NCBI GenBank assembly: GCA_035084275.1
Contig: CM068752.1
Span: 2,046,001-2,110,000, forward strand
Source of the DNA: Hydrolagus colliei
Lineage: Eukaryota
Length of the DNA: 64,000 nucleotides
Direction of reading: 5' to 3'
The notes under the pieces: model-generated
What the model was told of the DNA's origin: nothing
Database searches by the model: none
The model's input: only the letters and a program-made list of their open reading frames with translations
Translations under genes and position numbers: made by a program
Shown: positions 49,313 through 62,372 of the stretch, one piece after another
How positions within the stretch are numbered: the stretch's first letter is position 1
Layout: each line of letters starts with the position of its first letter

Positions 49313-50254
49313 AACTTCAGATGAAACCGAGAAGATGCTGAATAGTGGAGGAATCAAAGTAGATTTTCAAAAGTTCTCTGTCTGTTTGTAACAAAGCAGA
49401 GAAAAGTGAGTTTCAGATTCCTGGAAGTTCACACGAGTTTTTGAAGATTAAACACAAGTAGCCACCATAACAGTATTAATAATAATCCTTGCATTTGATA
49501 TAGCGCCTTATCACATCTTCTAGACATCTCGAAGTGCTTCACAGGATATACTGTACAGTGAAATTGACTGTATATTTTCTGCGGTGCGATTGTAAAGAAA
49601 AGCAACGTTTTGTTTGGCTGAGATGTGGATTATTTTAGACGAGCGTCTTGGCTTGTGGGAAACAATTCTACTAAAGCGCAGGATTTATTTCCCAACTGAG
49701 ACTGATAACTGCGTAAATGTGACAAAGTAAATCAAATGAGATTTCAAGTGGCTGAAATATTATTTGGTTTGGAAAGGAGAATTGGAACTGCAAAGATTTT
49801 TTAACAATCCTTCATGGGCTGTGAAAGCATGTTATTCTATTTTTATTTACCCTCCTCAATCATTTTAACAAGCCCGGAAAGTCTCTACAATATTTCACTG
49901 GGAATGTTACCTGTTGACGTGTGAAAAGAGCAAGATGGGTAGTGTCATGTTAGATTTTCTGCTGCTTTTGATATTTAAAAGAACTCACATTACAGTACTT
50001 GTTTGCCTCAAAGCGCTTCCCAGGATATATCACAAAGTACAGCGAATGTATTTTAGGGGCAAATACTTAAAACGTTTTGTTCAACGTTCCTTTGCTTCTA
50101 ATCGGAGTTGAACCATTTTGTAAATAATTAATATTGCCCGGAGGTAATGACATCACTAAACCACCCCCTCCCCACTCAAAAACGTAGAGTTTTAACTTGT
50201 TGGTGACTTGGAATCACTGTGTAAGCTGCTACTGCAACGCTGGGTGTGAGTTGC

Positions 50255-50500
50255 GTTGTTGTAGCTGCTGTGCTTTGGACGAGACATTAAACCAGGATCC
50301 CCTCTGCCCGCTCAGGTGGATGTTAAAGAATTTGTGGTGATGAACGAAAAGAGAAGAGTTTCTCCTGGTGGCCAACAAACCCTCAAGTAAAATCAGCCGC
50401 TGTTTTGTGGGACACTACTCTGTACAAACCAGCTGCTGCGTTTTGCCCACACAATACAGTCAATCCACATCCGAGAATATCCTGCGAAGTGCTTTGGGAT
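50255..50500 (+). mobile_element. DeuSINE-like relic (Deu domain plus L2-type tail)
   Basis: GGACGAGACATTAAACCAGGATCCCCTCTGCCCGCTCAGGTGGATGTTAAAGA resembles the recalled AmnSINE1/SacSINE1 Deu domain; followed by a tail like that of the dominant SINE. Confidence 0.7.
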
Positions 50501-50601
50501 AGAAGAATAAACATCCTTGCATTTGATGTAATGACTCATCGCGTCTTCGAGGCGTCTCAAAGCACTTCACAGAATATACTGTAAAGCAAATTGACTGTAT
50601 A

Positions 50602-50948
50602 GTAGCTCAGTGGTTAGAGCACTCGCCTTCTAAGCGTGAGACTTGGTGTTCAAATCCAGGCAGATCAGTGCGAAACCTTGGGCAAATTTCCTTACTCCAC
50701 GCACGCACGCACGCACGCCTAATAATAATCCCTCTAAAAAAAAAACACAATAATAAAATATGTCATTTCTATCCACGACTGTTTGTGGGGACGCTGCTGT
50801 GCGCAATTGGCTGCCCCGTTTCGCCCACAAATATACAGTCAATCCACTTTACCGTGTATTCCGTGAAGCGATTTGAGACAGCTAGAAGACCTGAAAAAGC
50901 GCCACATCAAATTCAAGGAATATTATTAAATTCAAGGATTATTATAAT
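50602..50948 (+). mobile_element. Near full-length SINE, abutting a minus-strand tail (50505-50600) and followed by an extra tail (50965-51030)
   Basis: GTAGCTCAGTGGTTAGAGC head through tail. Confidence 0.92.
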
Positions 50949-51699
50949 TTGTGCGCGAAATATCTCAATGACATGATAAGGTGCTGCATCAAATGCAAGG
51001 ATTATTATTATTACATTATTATAATTATTATTCATATTCTCTACCCTCCAACCGAACCACAGTGTAATGCCACTGTCCCATGATATTGCACCATCCAACA
51101 ATACACAGAGAAAACTCACAGACACACATGCTCTGGCATTTCTATTCTGTCAGAATTTGATTCACAGTGTTTGTTGGGAAATTATTGATTTGCACCGAGC
51201 TTTGATAGATGCAATGAAATCCGCTGTATAGAGTGTCAGAACAGATCCCAGCTCGCACAGAGAGTAACAGATAGCCGGCAGTGTTTATTAATCTCATCAC
51301 TGGAGTCGTACAACACCATGAACCAAATACGAGCATCACCTTCGACTGAGATGAGATTCTGGCTTTCAAATTGCATCCAAGTGACAATTTTTTAGCGTTC
51401 CGTTCGTTTTTTCTTCCGTATTTGTCTATTTTATTGAAATATATTCTACGCGAGTTCTTTCCTGAAAATTGTTCTCCTCCGTGAACACGCTGAGATGCAC
51501 CGCAGGTGTTGTCTGTCTGGTAACAATATTTTAGGAGCAAAATGAATACCACAAGCCTCAATAACGCTGTGCCTCGTTTTTCATAATTCCAATTCCACGT
51601 GTTGTGGTATCACGTTTCACAGTCCGCTTACCAGATCAGCTTTTTCAGTTCTTTTCGTATCCGTGAAAATTTCAATAAGTCAACTTTAATTCCTGATCG

Positions 51700-51910
51700 G
51701 CACACGCACACACACACACACACACACACAAAAAGTGATCACTTCAATCTATGACTGATTGCAGGAAACTGCTGTGCGCAATTGGCTGCCATGTTTCGCC
51801 CACAAAACATACAGTCAATTCGCTTCACAGTATATTCTTTGCAGCGCTTTGAGACGTCTCGAGGACGGGATAAGGCATTCTTATCAAATACAAGGATTAT
51901 TATTATTATT
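51700..51910 (+). mobile_element. SINE 3' two-thirds starting at (CA)n
   Basis: Body and tail match. Confidence 0.85.
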
Positions 51911-52927
51911 CTCTTAGTTGCTCCCTTCCGTATCCTTTCAGGGGCAATAACACTTCCCCCTTGACTAGGTGTTCAGCACTACATAGAACGAACATATTGC
52001 AACAGACTGACCTTTTCTGATGTGTATTCAATCCCTGTGCTTATCCCTGTGATTATACAACAGTGGATGTTGGTTACCCAGCAATGATCGTATTCCACAC
52101 TTGCGTTCGACTAAATTTATCGGAATAATCTGCAATTTCATTCCTAAACTAAGATTAATCCTTTTTTTTTGATACACAAAAAGGTGGTTCACTCAAAGAA
52201 CATTAGCTCTTTACACGGGGGAAATTGTGCCCTGTGCACTGTGGTATTTGATGCTGACGCAAGATAACAAAAAAAACAGAACAAAATGCTCCATCCCCAC
52301 CCTCACCTTTCTCGATAAGCATGGAAACCTATTTAGATGTACACGGAGGATATTAGCAAACAATTGCTTATTTTAATTGGGTTCTGGGGGAAATCTGTTA
52401 CTCTTGAGATGGATCACCGGTTGCAATCAATTACCCATGTGATTAAACAAGGTCAGTTCTTTCTGAAACCCAAGCGATAACACTACGACTGTTAACACCC
52501 CATTCACAACGTTATTGTGCTTCTACAGTGGGCAGCCCCAAATTCATCAGTCAAGTAGGTCTACATTAGAGTGCGCAGGCATTGAGCACAGGCTGTTACT
52601 GAGACCTGGCACGCGTTTATTTATTCCACACAGCAGAGGGGGGATTGAGAATTTATGGATTCGATATGAATTTCAAAGCAAAGCGAAAGAAGGGTTTAAT
52701 ATTCACCATTTTGGCTCGCTTATCTCTGGAAGTCAGGGAAACGTTTCTCAGTATCAACCGGTGGATTTTCAGCTGCTCACTGGGTTGGGAAACACACCAC
52801 AAACCTGTAAAGAGTATTTGAGGTCGGTTTGGGGGAGAGCGGCTTTGTTGGGTTCAACATAGAACTTCTTGTTCCGTATTTTATCGTGTTCTTAAACGGT
52901 GCATCTATCATCGAGGAAACCCAACCT

Positions 52928-53205
52928 TATGTGAGAGACCTGGGTTCGAATCCAGGCAGGTCATGGCGACACCTTGGGCAAGTTTCCTTACTCCACATGT
53001 CTGATAATAATCCCTCAAAAAACCCCAATAATAAATCGGTCATTTCAATCCACAACTGTTTGTGGGGACACTGCTGTGCGCAACTGGCTGCCGCGTTTTG
53101 CCCACAAATATACAGTCGATTCACTTTACAGTATATACTGTGAAGTGCTTTGAGACATCTAGAAGACGTGAAAAGTGCTTCATCAAATACAAGGCTTATT
53201 ATTAA
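52928..53205 (+). mobile_element. SINE lacking A-box
   Basis: GAGACCTGGGTTCGAATCCAGGC through tail. Confidence 0.92.
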
Positions 53206-54194
53206 CTACCAGAGCTGCTCACAGGTGCATTTTCCAATCAGCAACAACCTATAGATGGGGGTGTAATTAACCAGTTTTAGGCTAAAACACAAAAGCATCT
53301 CACCAGCTTGCCAGACAGCAGCTTGCCTCGTTCTATCTACGCTACTTGATTTTGGTTGGTAGCATCTTTCCCCTCACTGCTGAACAAAAATCTTATTTTC
53401 TCCCTGTTTCCATCTGCCTTGACGCAGTTCAAGTCACAGTTTCCAATTATTCTATGCAAACATTTTTTTTTCTAAGCTGTGTTTCCTAATCACCAAACAG
53501 TGAATAATGTTGAAACAATTTATTGGAGAGATTGGAAATTTGGTGGGGGGGGTGGTGGGGGAGAGCTTCAACCCAACGCCCTCGCGGGTTCAACGTTACA
53601 GCACAAATGTGCCTTTAATGTGGCAGTAAATTAACAGTGTGACAATACGAGAGATGTCATAAAGATTGCTGGTTTGGGAGATGGAACTGATCTGGTGCGG
53701 CTGCTCATTGATAGAGTAGGTTCTTATGCCGGTACCAAAGTGTTTTATGTCCTGACATAGAGATTCCTTTCCTTAACAATCGCAAGAGTTTCACTAGAAA
53801 TATATATTCAACTTTGAGCAAGTCTCCTGGGCAAACCAACTGCATCGTACAGATGCATGACACATCTGAGATCGGAACCAGTGCCAACCGACAGAAAGGT
53901 GTACAATCTGTGCACTGTTGCTTTCTGTCGCCTGAGCCTGTGAATCTCGAACTTATTTATGTTTTATATATATAAGCCACCCCAACCACCCCCACTACAA
54001 AAAAAAACAGCTTGTATTCATTCCGTAAAGCAATCTTTAATTGTTTCTTTAAGGCACCCTCTCAGTGTTTGCTGAGCCCGGCTGGGCCAGTTACAGATCT
54101 ACTCAGGGGCGAAGGGAGTCTGCTGTATGAAAAGAAAGATAAATTTTCCTTTTGAAAAATTCCTTCACAATCAATGTACGAGTTGCTGATGGCT

Positions 54195-54497
54195 GAAACC
54201 CGTGACTGTTAGTGGGACACTGCTGTGCGCCAGGGGCTGCCGTGTTTCGCCCACAAATTTTACGTTCAAATCGCTTCACTGCATATCTTGTGAAGCGCTT
54301 TGAGACGTTTTGGAGACATGATCACAATAATAATAATCCTTGCATTTGTTATAGCGCTTTTCACGTCTTCCAGACATCTCAAAGCGCTTCACAGAATATA
54401 CTGTAAAGTGAATTGACTGTATATTTGTGGGTGAAATATAATACAGTATCATTATAAATGGTACGGCAAGGATCAAATCAAGGGTTATTATTATTAT
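54195..54497. mobile_element. Minus-strand SINE tail (54324-54437) nested in a plus-strand SINE 3' half
   Basis: Plus copy stops at GGAGACATGAT and resumes at ATCAAATCAAGGGTTATT. Confidence 0.8.
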
Positions 54498-54749
54498 GGA
54501 TGTGATCTAATTGCAGTGAATTTGAGCGAAGTCTGGCAAACACCATTTGCGGAGAAGTATAATTGCAGGAAAGCTTTTAGGTGATAGTACATCTCTCAAC
54601 AGTTTGCTAGTGTGAGTGTTTGCTTGGGTTTTAATGACACTTCTAAATATTATCTTGTTATAAGACCATACTGCAAACTGTATACATAGCTACTGGCCAA
54701 TGCCAAGTAAACTATTTACAATCCGGGGCCACTAAAATAGTCATTAATT

Positions 54750-55310
54750 ACATCATAATAATCCTTGCATTTGATTCCAGGGCCATGTCAAGTCTTCACT
54801 GTGTCTCAAAGCGCTTCACAGAAATATTACTGTAAAAGTGAATCAGCTGTATATTTTGTGGGAGAAACGCAGCAACGTCCCACAAACAACCGTGGACCCA
54901 ATATTGTTTGAGAGACAGTTATAATATAATCCTGGCTTGTTATCGACATTAATAATACTTGATTTTAATGATTCTGTGAGGCACGTTGAAACGTCTAGAA
55001 GTGACAAGCGCTACATTAAATGCAAGAATTATTATTATTATTATAACATCAGTATTTAAGTGGGTAGGGGCGGGGGAATAAAATATTGTGTTTGCTTCAC
55101 CAAATGAGAGTAAAACAGAGCATTACAGCAACACTTTTCCAACACAATAAATAAGTAGAATTCTGTTACAACAATAATAATCCTTGCTTTTCATTTAGTG
55201 CCTTATCACGTCTTCGAGATGCTGGTCTCAAAGCGCTTCACAGAATGTACTGTGAATGTACCGAATAGAGTGAATGGACTGTATGTTTTATGGACAGCCA
55301 ATGACGCACA
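54750..55310. mobile_element. Cluster of three SINE tail fragments (minus, plus, minus)
   Basis: Tail motifs at ~54750-54900, 54965-55045 and 55170-55310. Confidence 0.75.
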
Positions 55311-56129
55311 GCTGGAAACAATTACAGGGCTCCTTTTGGCTCGGGAAAGAAAAGCAAGCTAGAAAGCGTGGTCATACTTAAACACTCACAGCCAGTGTTA
55401 GGATTCAGGACATCTGGTGTGCCGTTGGTGGTGGAGCAGTTTGTTCCTGTGAGGTGGGATTAGTTCAATTGCGCAGGAATAAATGAACAACTTTGCAGTC
55501 AACCGTTTACCTCATTGATTTAATAGAGTGGGAGAGGGGTTACTGAGAGTCTAGAGAATTCTCTAATGTTTCATGGATTTTTTTTTAATGCTATTTAACC
55601 AAGTGAGAACACTGAAAGCAATGTACTGAGATTTGTTTTAATTTGATTTGATTTGATTTGATAGGTGCTGGAGGAATACATACACTATGGATTTACATTT
55701 ACATATAGTGCCTTTCGTGCCAGGAGGTTGTCACAGTCCGTAAGGTTCACTCCTGAGCTGGGTCTGTGTGTCGCAGTGTGTTGGTGGGCGGAAAGATACC
55801 CAAGGAAGCGGTCAATGCGGAAGGACTTTGAAAGCGATAAGGGACCTGGCAAGTTGAAGGGACTCCAGGATGGAATCCCACTAATGCTGGGGTGGGTGGG
55901 GGAATCGCAAAACAGGCTGGCGTCCAATGAGGCTGGGGAGCAAATAGGTCTGTAGGGTTTGAGGAGGTGTAGTCATGTTGGGAGGACGTCTCAAGGCTCT
56001 GAACAATAAATCACAAGGTTGGATTTAAACCAGGTGCCTTCATCAGCATGTACCTGGAAGAGGGAGCGGAGGCGGCTGGTGATTGCAGCGTGGGAGGTAG
56101 GGGGTTGAGAATGGTTATAAGAAGAAGAA

Positions 56130-56395
56130 GAACAGAGTCAAGGAAACACTTCTTCACTCAGATCCTGGGTAGTGAATTTATGGAATTCTCTACCCCAAAA
56201 GGCAGTAGATGCTCAGTCCTTGAACATATTCAAGACTGAGATTGATAGATTTCTTGCGGATAAAGGGATTAAGGGATATGGAGATAAGGCGGGCAGATGG
56301 AGTTAGATTAGAAGATCAGCCACGATCTTGTTGAATGGCGGGGCAGGCTCAAGGGGCCGAATGGCCTACTCCTGCTCCTTATTCCTATCTTCTTA
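56130..56395 (+). mobile_element. CR1 3' end
   Basis: RKHFFTQ, TGGAATTCTCTACCCCAAAAGGC and conserved 3' UTR. Confidence 0.92.
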
Positions 56396-57277
56396 AGAAG
56401 AAGAACCCTTGCATTTGATGCAGCCCCTTATCGCGTCTTCAAGACATCTCCAAGCGCTTCGCAGAATATACTGTAAAGTGAGTTGACTGTATACTTTGTG
56501 AGGCAGAGTACTCTGAGGTAGTTTTGCAGGAAGCGTGAAGTTGGTTTCACCAACCGGGAGAAAAAGAAAGTGAACAGATAGTACATCCATCGAGGAAGAT
56601 CAGAAGGAACAAACGCTACATCCTCCATGCACACAAAGGTTAATTCAATGGTAAAAGATAAGAACGTGACTGTTCCTGCAGCAGTCAGTAAATTAAGTCT
56701 AATCCATTTACACACATGCATGGGCGCACAAACACACTGTTAAATCTGTTGCCACATTGACATTGTTTGGATCGATTGAAACTACCGGGGGAAAACAACA
56801 AGAGCAAAACACTCGGACTATCACAACACTGAACGCCTGTGTCATTGAATAAATCCACCACAGTCTTACAATCGGAAAAGCTGCCACTCTGACATTCATT
56901 TCCTCGAAGCTCGTGAATATGGGCAGCGTAACTGATTTGTGTTGGAAGGTTAGAGCAAATAAACAATGATTGGAAACGATAGGAAAAGGCAAACTGATCT
57001 CTCACACAGCGCAGCCTGTGAAACAATGTGACCGCAGAACTGCCGCAGAACTGATCATCTTTGCCCTGCCTTCGGGCAGACGCATTAACAGGGAAAATAA
57101 TTTAGCTTCCTTTCAAAGAGAGAATTTGGGAGGCATGTATCAGGAGATGAAATGCCTTGTAGAAAATAATTGAATCTATTCCCCGAGCTACAATCCAAGA
57201 AACGTAGAACCAAAGTAGATATGAAACCTGAATCCTGAAATGAAAATGTTATTCATTGGAATTGATTAGTAAATAAA

Positions 57278-57568
57278 AATAATAATAATAATCCTTGCAT
57301 TTGATATAGCGTTTTTCACGTCTTCTAGATGTCTCAAAGCTCTTCACAGAATACGCTGTGAAGTGAATTGACTGTAGGTGTGTGGGCGAAACATGTCAGC
57401 CAATTGCTCCCAGCATCGTCCCACATACAAGCATTGATTGAAATGACCAATTTTTTTGTCGTGTTTTTTGTGAGGGATTATTATTAGGTGTGTGGAGTAA
57501 GGACACTTGCCCAAGGTTTTGCCCTGAACAGCCTGTCTGGTTTCGAACACAGGTCTCACGCTTGTAAG
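57278..57568 (-). mobile_element. SINE lacking A-box
   Basis: Reverse match from tail to GTCTCACGCTTGTAAG. Confidence 0.92.
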
Positions 57569-57604
57569 ATGATTAGTAAATAGTACTATAATAAGATTTA
57601 TGTT

Positions 57605-57975
57605 GTGTTCAAATTGCTTCGCTCCCTGGCACCTCCCTACCTCTCCGACCTCTTCACTTCCTCAGTTGCTTCCGCTCAACTGGCACCGTTTTCCTGTTCG
57701 TTCCTCGCGCTCTCCGCTCCACCATTGGAAGTTGGGCATTCGGCCACTAGGCCACGAAACTCTGGAATGCTCTCCCTCAATCCCTCCGCCATGCCCGCCT
57801 GTCTCACTTTCTCCAAGACCTGCCTGAAAAGCTTCCATTGCGGCCTCCCCCGCCCCCCTCTCCCCCCCCCCCCCCCCCCCCCCACAGGCTCGGAGTCAGG
57901 CGCAGCCAGTGTGAAGCGCTCTGAGACGCTACCCTGCATGGAGGGCGCTATATAAGTGCAAGTTGTTGTTGCTGC
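57605..57975 (+). mobile_element. L2 3' fragment (second tail type)
   Basis: FKLLRSLAPPYLSDL, TCTGGAATGCTCTCCC, tail GCGCTCTGAG...GAGGGCGCTATATAAGTGCAAGTTGTTG. Confidence 0.85.
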
Positions 57976-58554
57976 TAACCTGTTAAGAATACTTTCGCCC
58001 TTAAAATGTGTGGTTCAATTCCCGTTACAGTACAATCCGCGAAGCGCTTTGAGGTGTCCCGAAGACGTGACAAGGCGCTATATCCAACGCCAAGATTATG
58101 ATTAGCATCAATCTATTTTATGCTTACTTTCTTCCTTTTGTAGAGTAAGATGGTTCACATTGATTTTGCTATCTTCTCATGAATGGGTCTATAATAGACC
58201 TTCCCCAGAGGATAGTTTGGTTTTCCCATTAAACTTACAGATGTACCTTTACACCATGGCTTTCTGCAAGCACGGCACAATTCACTTCACCCTGGTATTT
58301 AAATCGAAGACGGCAATTTTGAAGAGCGTTTTGTCCCTTCGTACTATATAAGACGTGAAAAGCGCTGAATCAAAAGCAAGGATTATTATTACAGTATTGT
58401 TATTCTCATTAACGTCCAACTTCTGTAGCATTTCAAACGTCAACCTTTCCTGTAGGTCGGGGAGAGATGAGAGGAATTACTGTATGCCTGCAAACGTTTA
58501 TCAAGATCGCCTGTCCATGCCAGGAGCAATTTGTTGTATGGAGAAAACCTGTTG

Positions 58555-58750
58555 TCTTCTATGCCCTCCACGCTTTGGAAACTCCATCCCACAATCCATT
58601 TGCCTTGCTCACTCTCTTGCCACCTTCAAGACCGGTCTCAAGACTCTCCTTTTCGACTGTGCCTTCAGTATATTCTGTGAAGCGTTTTGAGACGTCTAGA
58701 AGAGGTGAAAAGCGCTATGGTCAAATGCAAGGATTATTATTATTATTACG
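58555..58750 (+). mobile_element. L2 fragment followed directly by a SINE tail
   Basis: NSIPQSICLAHSLATFKTGLKTLLFD then AGTATATTCTGTGAAGCG...(ATT)n. Confidence 0.8.
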
Positions 58751-59879
58751 TATTATATTGTTTGTGCTGGTTGACGCTTAAACTAAAGCTAACATATTCA
58801 TGCCGTTTGGTATGTTTGATAAATGATATGGTATTTATATTACGAGTAGCTCTCTGTAGCTATTTCATATCTCATTGCCTGTGAAGTTCATCATCTTAAT
58901 CTGTCAATGGGGGGGGGGGTCATTCAGACATGCCTTTAAAATATAGTCCCTCTGAAAATATTTTCAGATACTGTACTGTATATGCTCTGTATCTGTCAAA
59001 CCGCCCACTCCTTACACAACACACAATCATGTGCTAATGTACTAAATGGAAAAAGGATTATTTTATCTTTGAACGGTATTGTTGGATTAATGCAATCCGT
59101 GATGTCAATTCAATTGAGCATTTCATTCATTAAAGGGTTTCAAATACCACCCTTGTGTGCTACATGTATTTAGAACCAATCTCAGCAATTTATCATTGAA
59201 AATTGCCATGTAACAGTGGAAAGATTAAATAAAAGATAGTGAGGCAATGCTGTTGCTTGACTATTGCTCCTGCCATCAATTAGTTTTAAGCAACAGACTA
59301 ATTACTTTACACAGACAAATAGACAAATTTTGTTGAATTAGTGTTGTTGACCGTTTTTGACCGAAATAATTGAGACTATTTAATGTTTAAATGTTTTGGT
59401 CGATGGTGTGTGCGTGCGTGCGTGCGTGCATGCGCGCTATACAGTATTGTGTGAGGCCATAGCCTACATATCACAAAGCTCTCAGGTTAATAACAATAAT
59501 AAATAATATTACTAATAATCATCTAAAAATAATAAGAATCTAGGTTTCTAATAATAATGAAATCCATGACTGTTTGTGGGGACGCTGCTGTGCGCGTCCC
59601 CTCGGGATAATTTCACCCTTGTTTTCAAGGCAGTGCACCACTGCCTTGAAAGGTCTCTATCTCTGTGTCGCTGGCAGTGTTTTCTCCCGTCTTTGTGCGT
59701 CCACCGCAATCGTAAATTCTAATTCCTCGGTCTGTCATTCCCAGTCTCTGCGCTCTTTGTAAAATTGGGCCGTTTCTGCCCCCACCTCAGTCATTTACAA
59801 ATGCGTCATATTTTGGCAATGCAAATCATTCATATTCGAGTCAGCATTGCTCTACAGGTACCAGATATACTACAGATAC

Positions 59880-60050
59880 CTCACTCACCAAGTGGGCTAT
59901 TTTTCACGTGTGAGCCGAGACAGTGAATGTGAGCAGGTCAAGGCAGTGGATCCAATTTGATCCTGTTTCCACCGAGCTTCCTTCTAACCTACGCAATCCG
60001 CAGGCGAGGTTTATGTGGATTGTGACGAGGGTTGGATCGCAGGCCACTGC
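59880..60050 (-). mobile_element. Possible ancient SINE relic
   Basis: GGGCTATTTTTCACGTGTGAGCCGAGACAGTGAATGTGAGCAGG resembles, from memory, an old chondrichthyan repeat; possibly the same family as 22975. Confidence 0.3.
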
Positions 60051-62372
60051 CTTTACAGATTAGGTCAGTGCACACACAAACACACACTCACTCACGCACA
60101 GACACTCTCACACACCCACACATACATACACAGACAGGCAATGATACAGCGGGAAAATTATGGTGTAGTAAATTGCTGCTGAGTTAAGAGCCGAAAGCAG
60201 CTGAAGGATAAATCACCACTGTTATGTCAACCTCAGAACTTAAGCTCAACAGTCCCAAGCTGTGGCTCGAACCTTGCGACTCGCAAGATCCGCGCAATGT
60301 GAGTAGGACACACAAATAAAATCTTTCCGAGAATATACTTCCCGGCAGCTTATTTTTGTCCTGCGACGTTCCGAAGTCGATGCCAAACGACCGCGGATTC
60401 CGATGTCACTGTGAAATGACCCAAATGGCAAACGCAGCAGCGGTGGTGAGAAATGGAAGGAAACAAACAGCATAATTCTCCCACTGTATCTGGGAGCAAC
60501 AGCCCAATTAGCAGAACAGAAAGTTATATCTGGATTTTTAAAAATAGATCCGCCAGTCGAAAGCTGCTCCAATTTAGGATTGCTGATGAGTTTTTAAACT
60601 GTCTGTCTCCATCTCCCCCCCCTATTTACCATCTCGGTCACGCTATCGCTCTGTGGCTCAGTTGTCATCCCGATTATAGTAAAACAAACCCAACTAAACC
60701 CTCTTAATCTTTAGAATATCCTGCTTTCTGTGTAACAAAACCCCAAAGATTATTCCCGAGGCCGCACGGCAGTCTCACAATACCGGCTCGGATTGAATGA
60801 TCAGAAATACAGCAGCATCAACAACCGCCATAACAACGCAATTACATTTCTATAGCGCAGTTTCACGTCGGGAAGGCCTGAGCTGGATTGCGTTTCACAA
60901 ATGGAATAGGCTACGAATTAGTCCCGGTTGTGATCTGTAAATATCTGTTGCGAGAGAGAGAGAGAGAAAAAAACTCCTTATCTTGTTTCTGATTGTCAGA
61001 TTTTATTAACAGGCAGCGAGGCAATTTATTATTAAACATCCAATCCGATTCACATAGATTACGGCTTCACGGCAGCACTGACAGCCGATCAACGCAACAG
61101 AACGGCCTGTTGTATTCCAGGATGCTTTGTATTCCCAGTTTCATCCAGCGGATGATGTACTTTCGCTCAAAGTGACACACACTGCACATAGGTACATGTA
61201 CAGTGAGTATTACTGTGTTCGGTGTATGGAGATTATCATCTGTCATCGCGTTCCCATTGTCATCGCATTTCCGAACGCGACGAAATTGAGACCAGTAGCA
61301 GTGGCGTAGTAAATTGCCACTGAATTAAGAGCAGAAAGCAGCAGAAGAATGAATCGTAACTCCTTTTCATTTCTTGATCCCTGCTGCAGTCTATCCATAG
61401 GTGATCGCTAGTGTACAGTAATTACATTTCCTTCCTTTCAGCCGTGGTTGGCTTCTGCCAGGCCATTACCAAGTGATTAGGCGTATCAAAGATGGTTCTG
61501 CCGGTGCAGATATCACACATTTAAATATTCGTAGTTGAGTGTAAAGCCAGCCAGGCAGCTTATCTTGTGCTTTTCCAGTGTTCTGTTTCAGAAAGAAGAA
61601 ACGAAAACCAATTTTAATTAATAAATGTTAATTCCCGGCTATTGCAGTCATGACTGGAGTAAAACATGAAGAGCATTAACTACAATATCGTCGGTTTGTG
61701 TTACAGTCACTGTGTTTCAGAGAATGGGGGGAGTACATCCCTGAATATTGCCTCCTTCCCCTCAGTGAAGGTCAAAGAAGAATTTCAGTGCTGTGGCTTC
61801 AAAGGGTGAGATTAGGAGCGAGGCTTCTGAGGAACTTGTATAAGTGCGTGCATGGCTGTCTTCTCGCTTGCAATCCCGACCTCCTCACCCTCTCCGACCT
61901 TTTCCCCCTCAACTTCCGACCTTCTTCACATTACAGCCGTGACCCCGACCGTGTTCCTTCACTTTCGCCACGTTGCGTACCTACGCGCGTATTTGTGCGC
62001 AATTGGCTGCCGCGTTTCGACGCCCACAAAATGTACAGTCAATTCTCTTTACAGTATATTCTGTGCAGCGCTTTGAGACGTTCTCGAAGACGTGATGGGC
62101 GCCGTATCAAATGCAAGGACTATGATGTGTTATCTCACACCAAATGGCAACAAAAACCCTCATCCAAACCATTGTTGCCTCTCCCACTCGACCTTACCAC
62201 TGCACTCGTTCACAATCTCGTTAGTTCCACCATCCAAAACTCTGCCGTGCGCGTGCTCACCCAGAGACAAACTGGGCAGATCCATCGCTTAATTCCTTGC
62301 CAGGTTTCTCTCTGTCTCCATCTCCCAATGTCCTCATCCTCACCTATTGACACACCAGCGGTTCCCTATCAC

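Noticed and set aside
51727-51740. miR-153-like CACAAAAAGTGATC
   Set aside because: It is the (CA)n-to-body junction of a SINE; the seed is absent.
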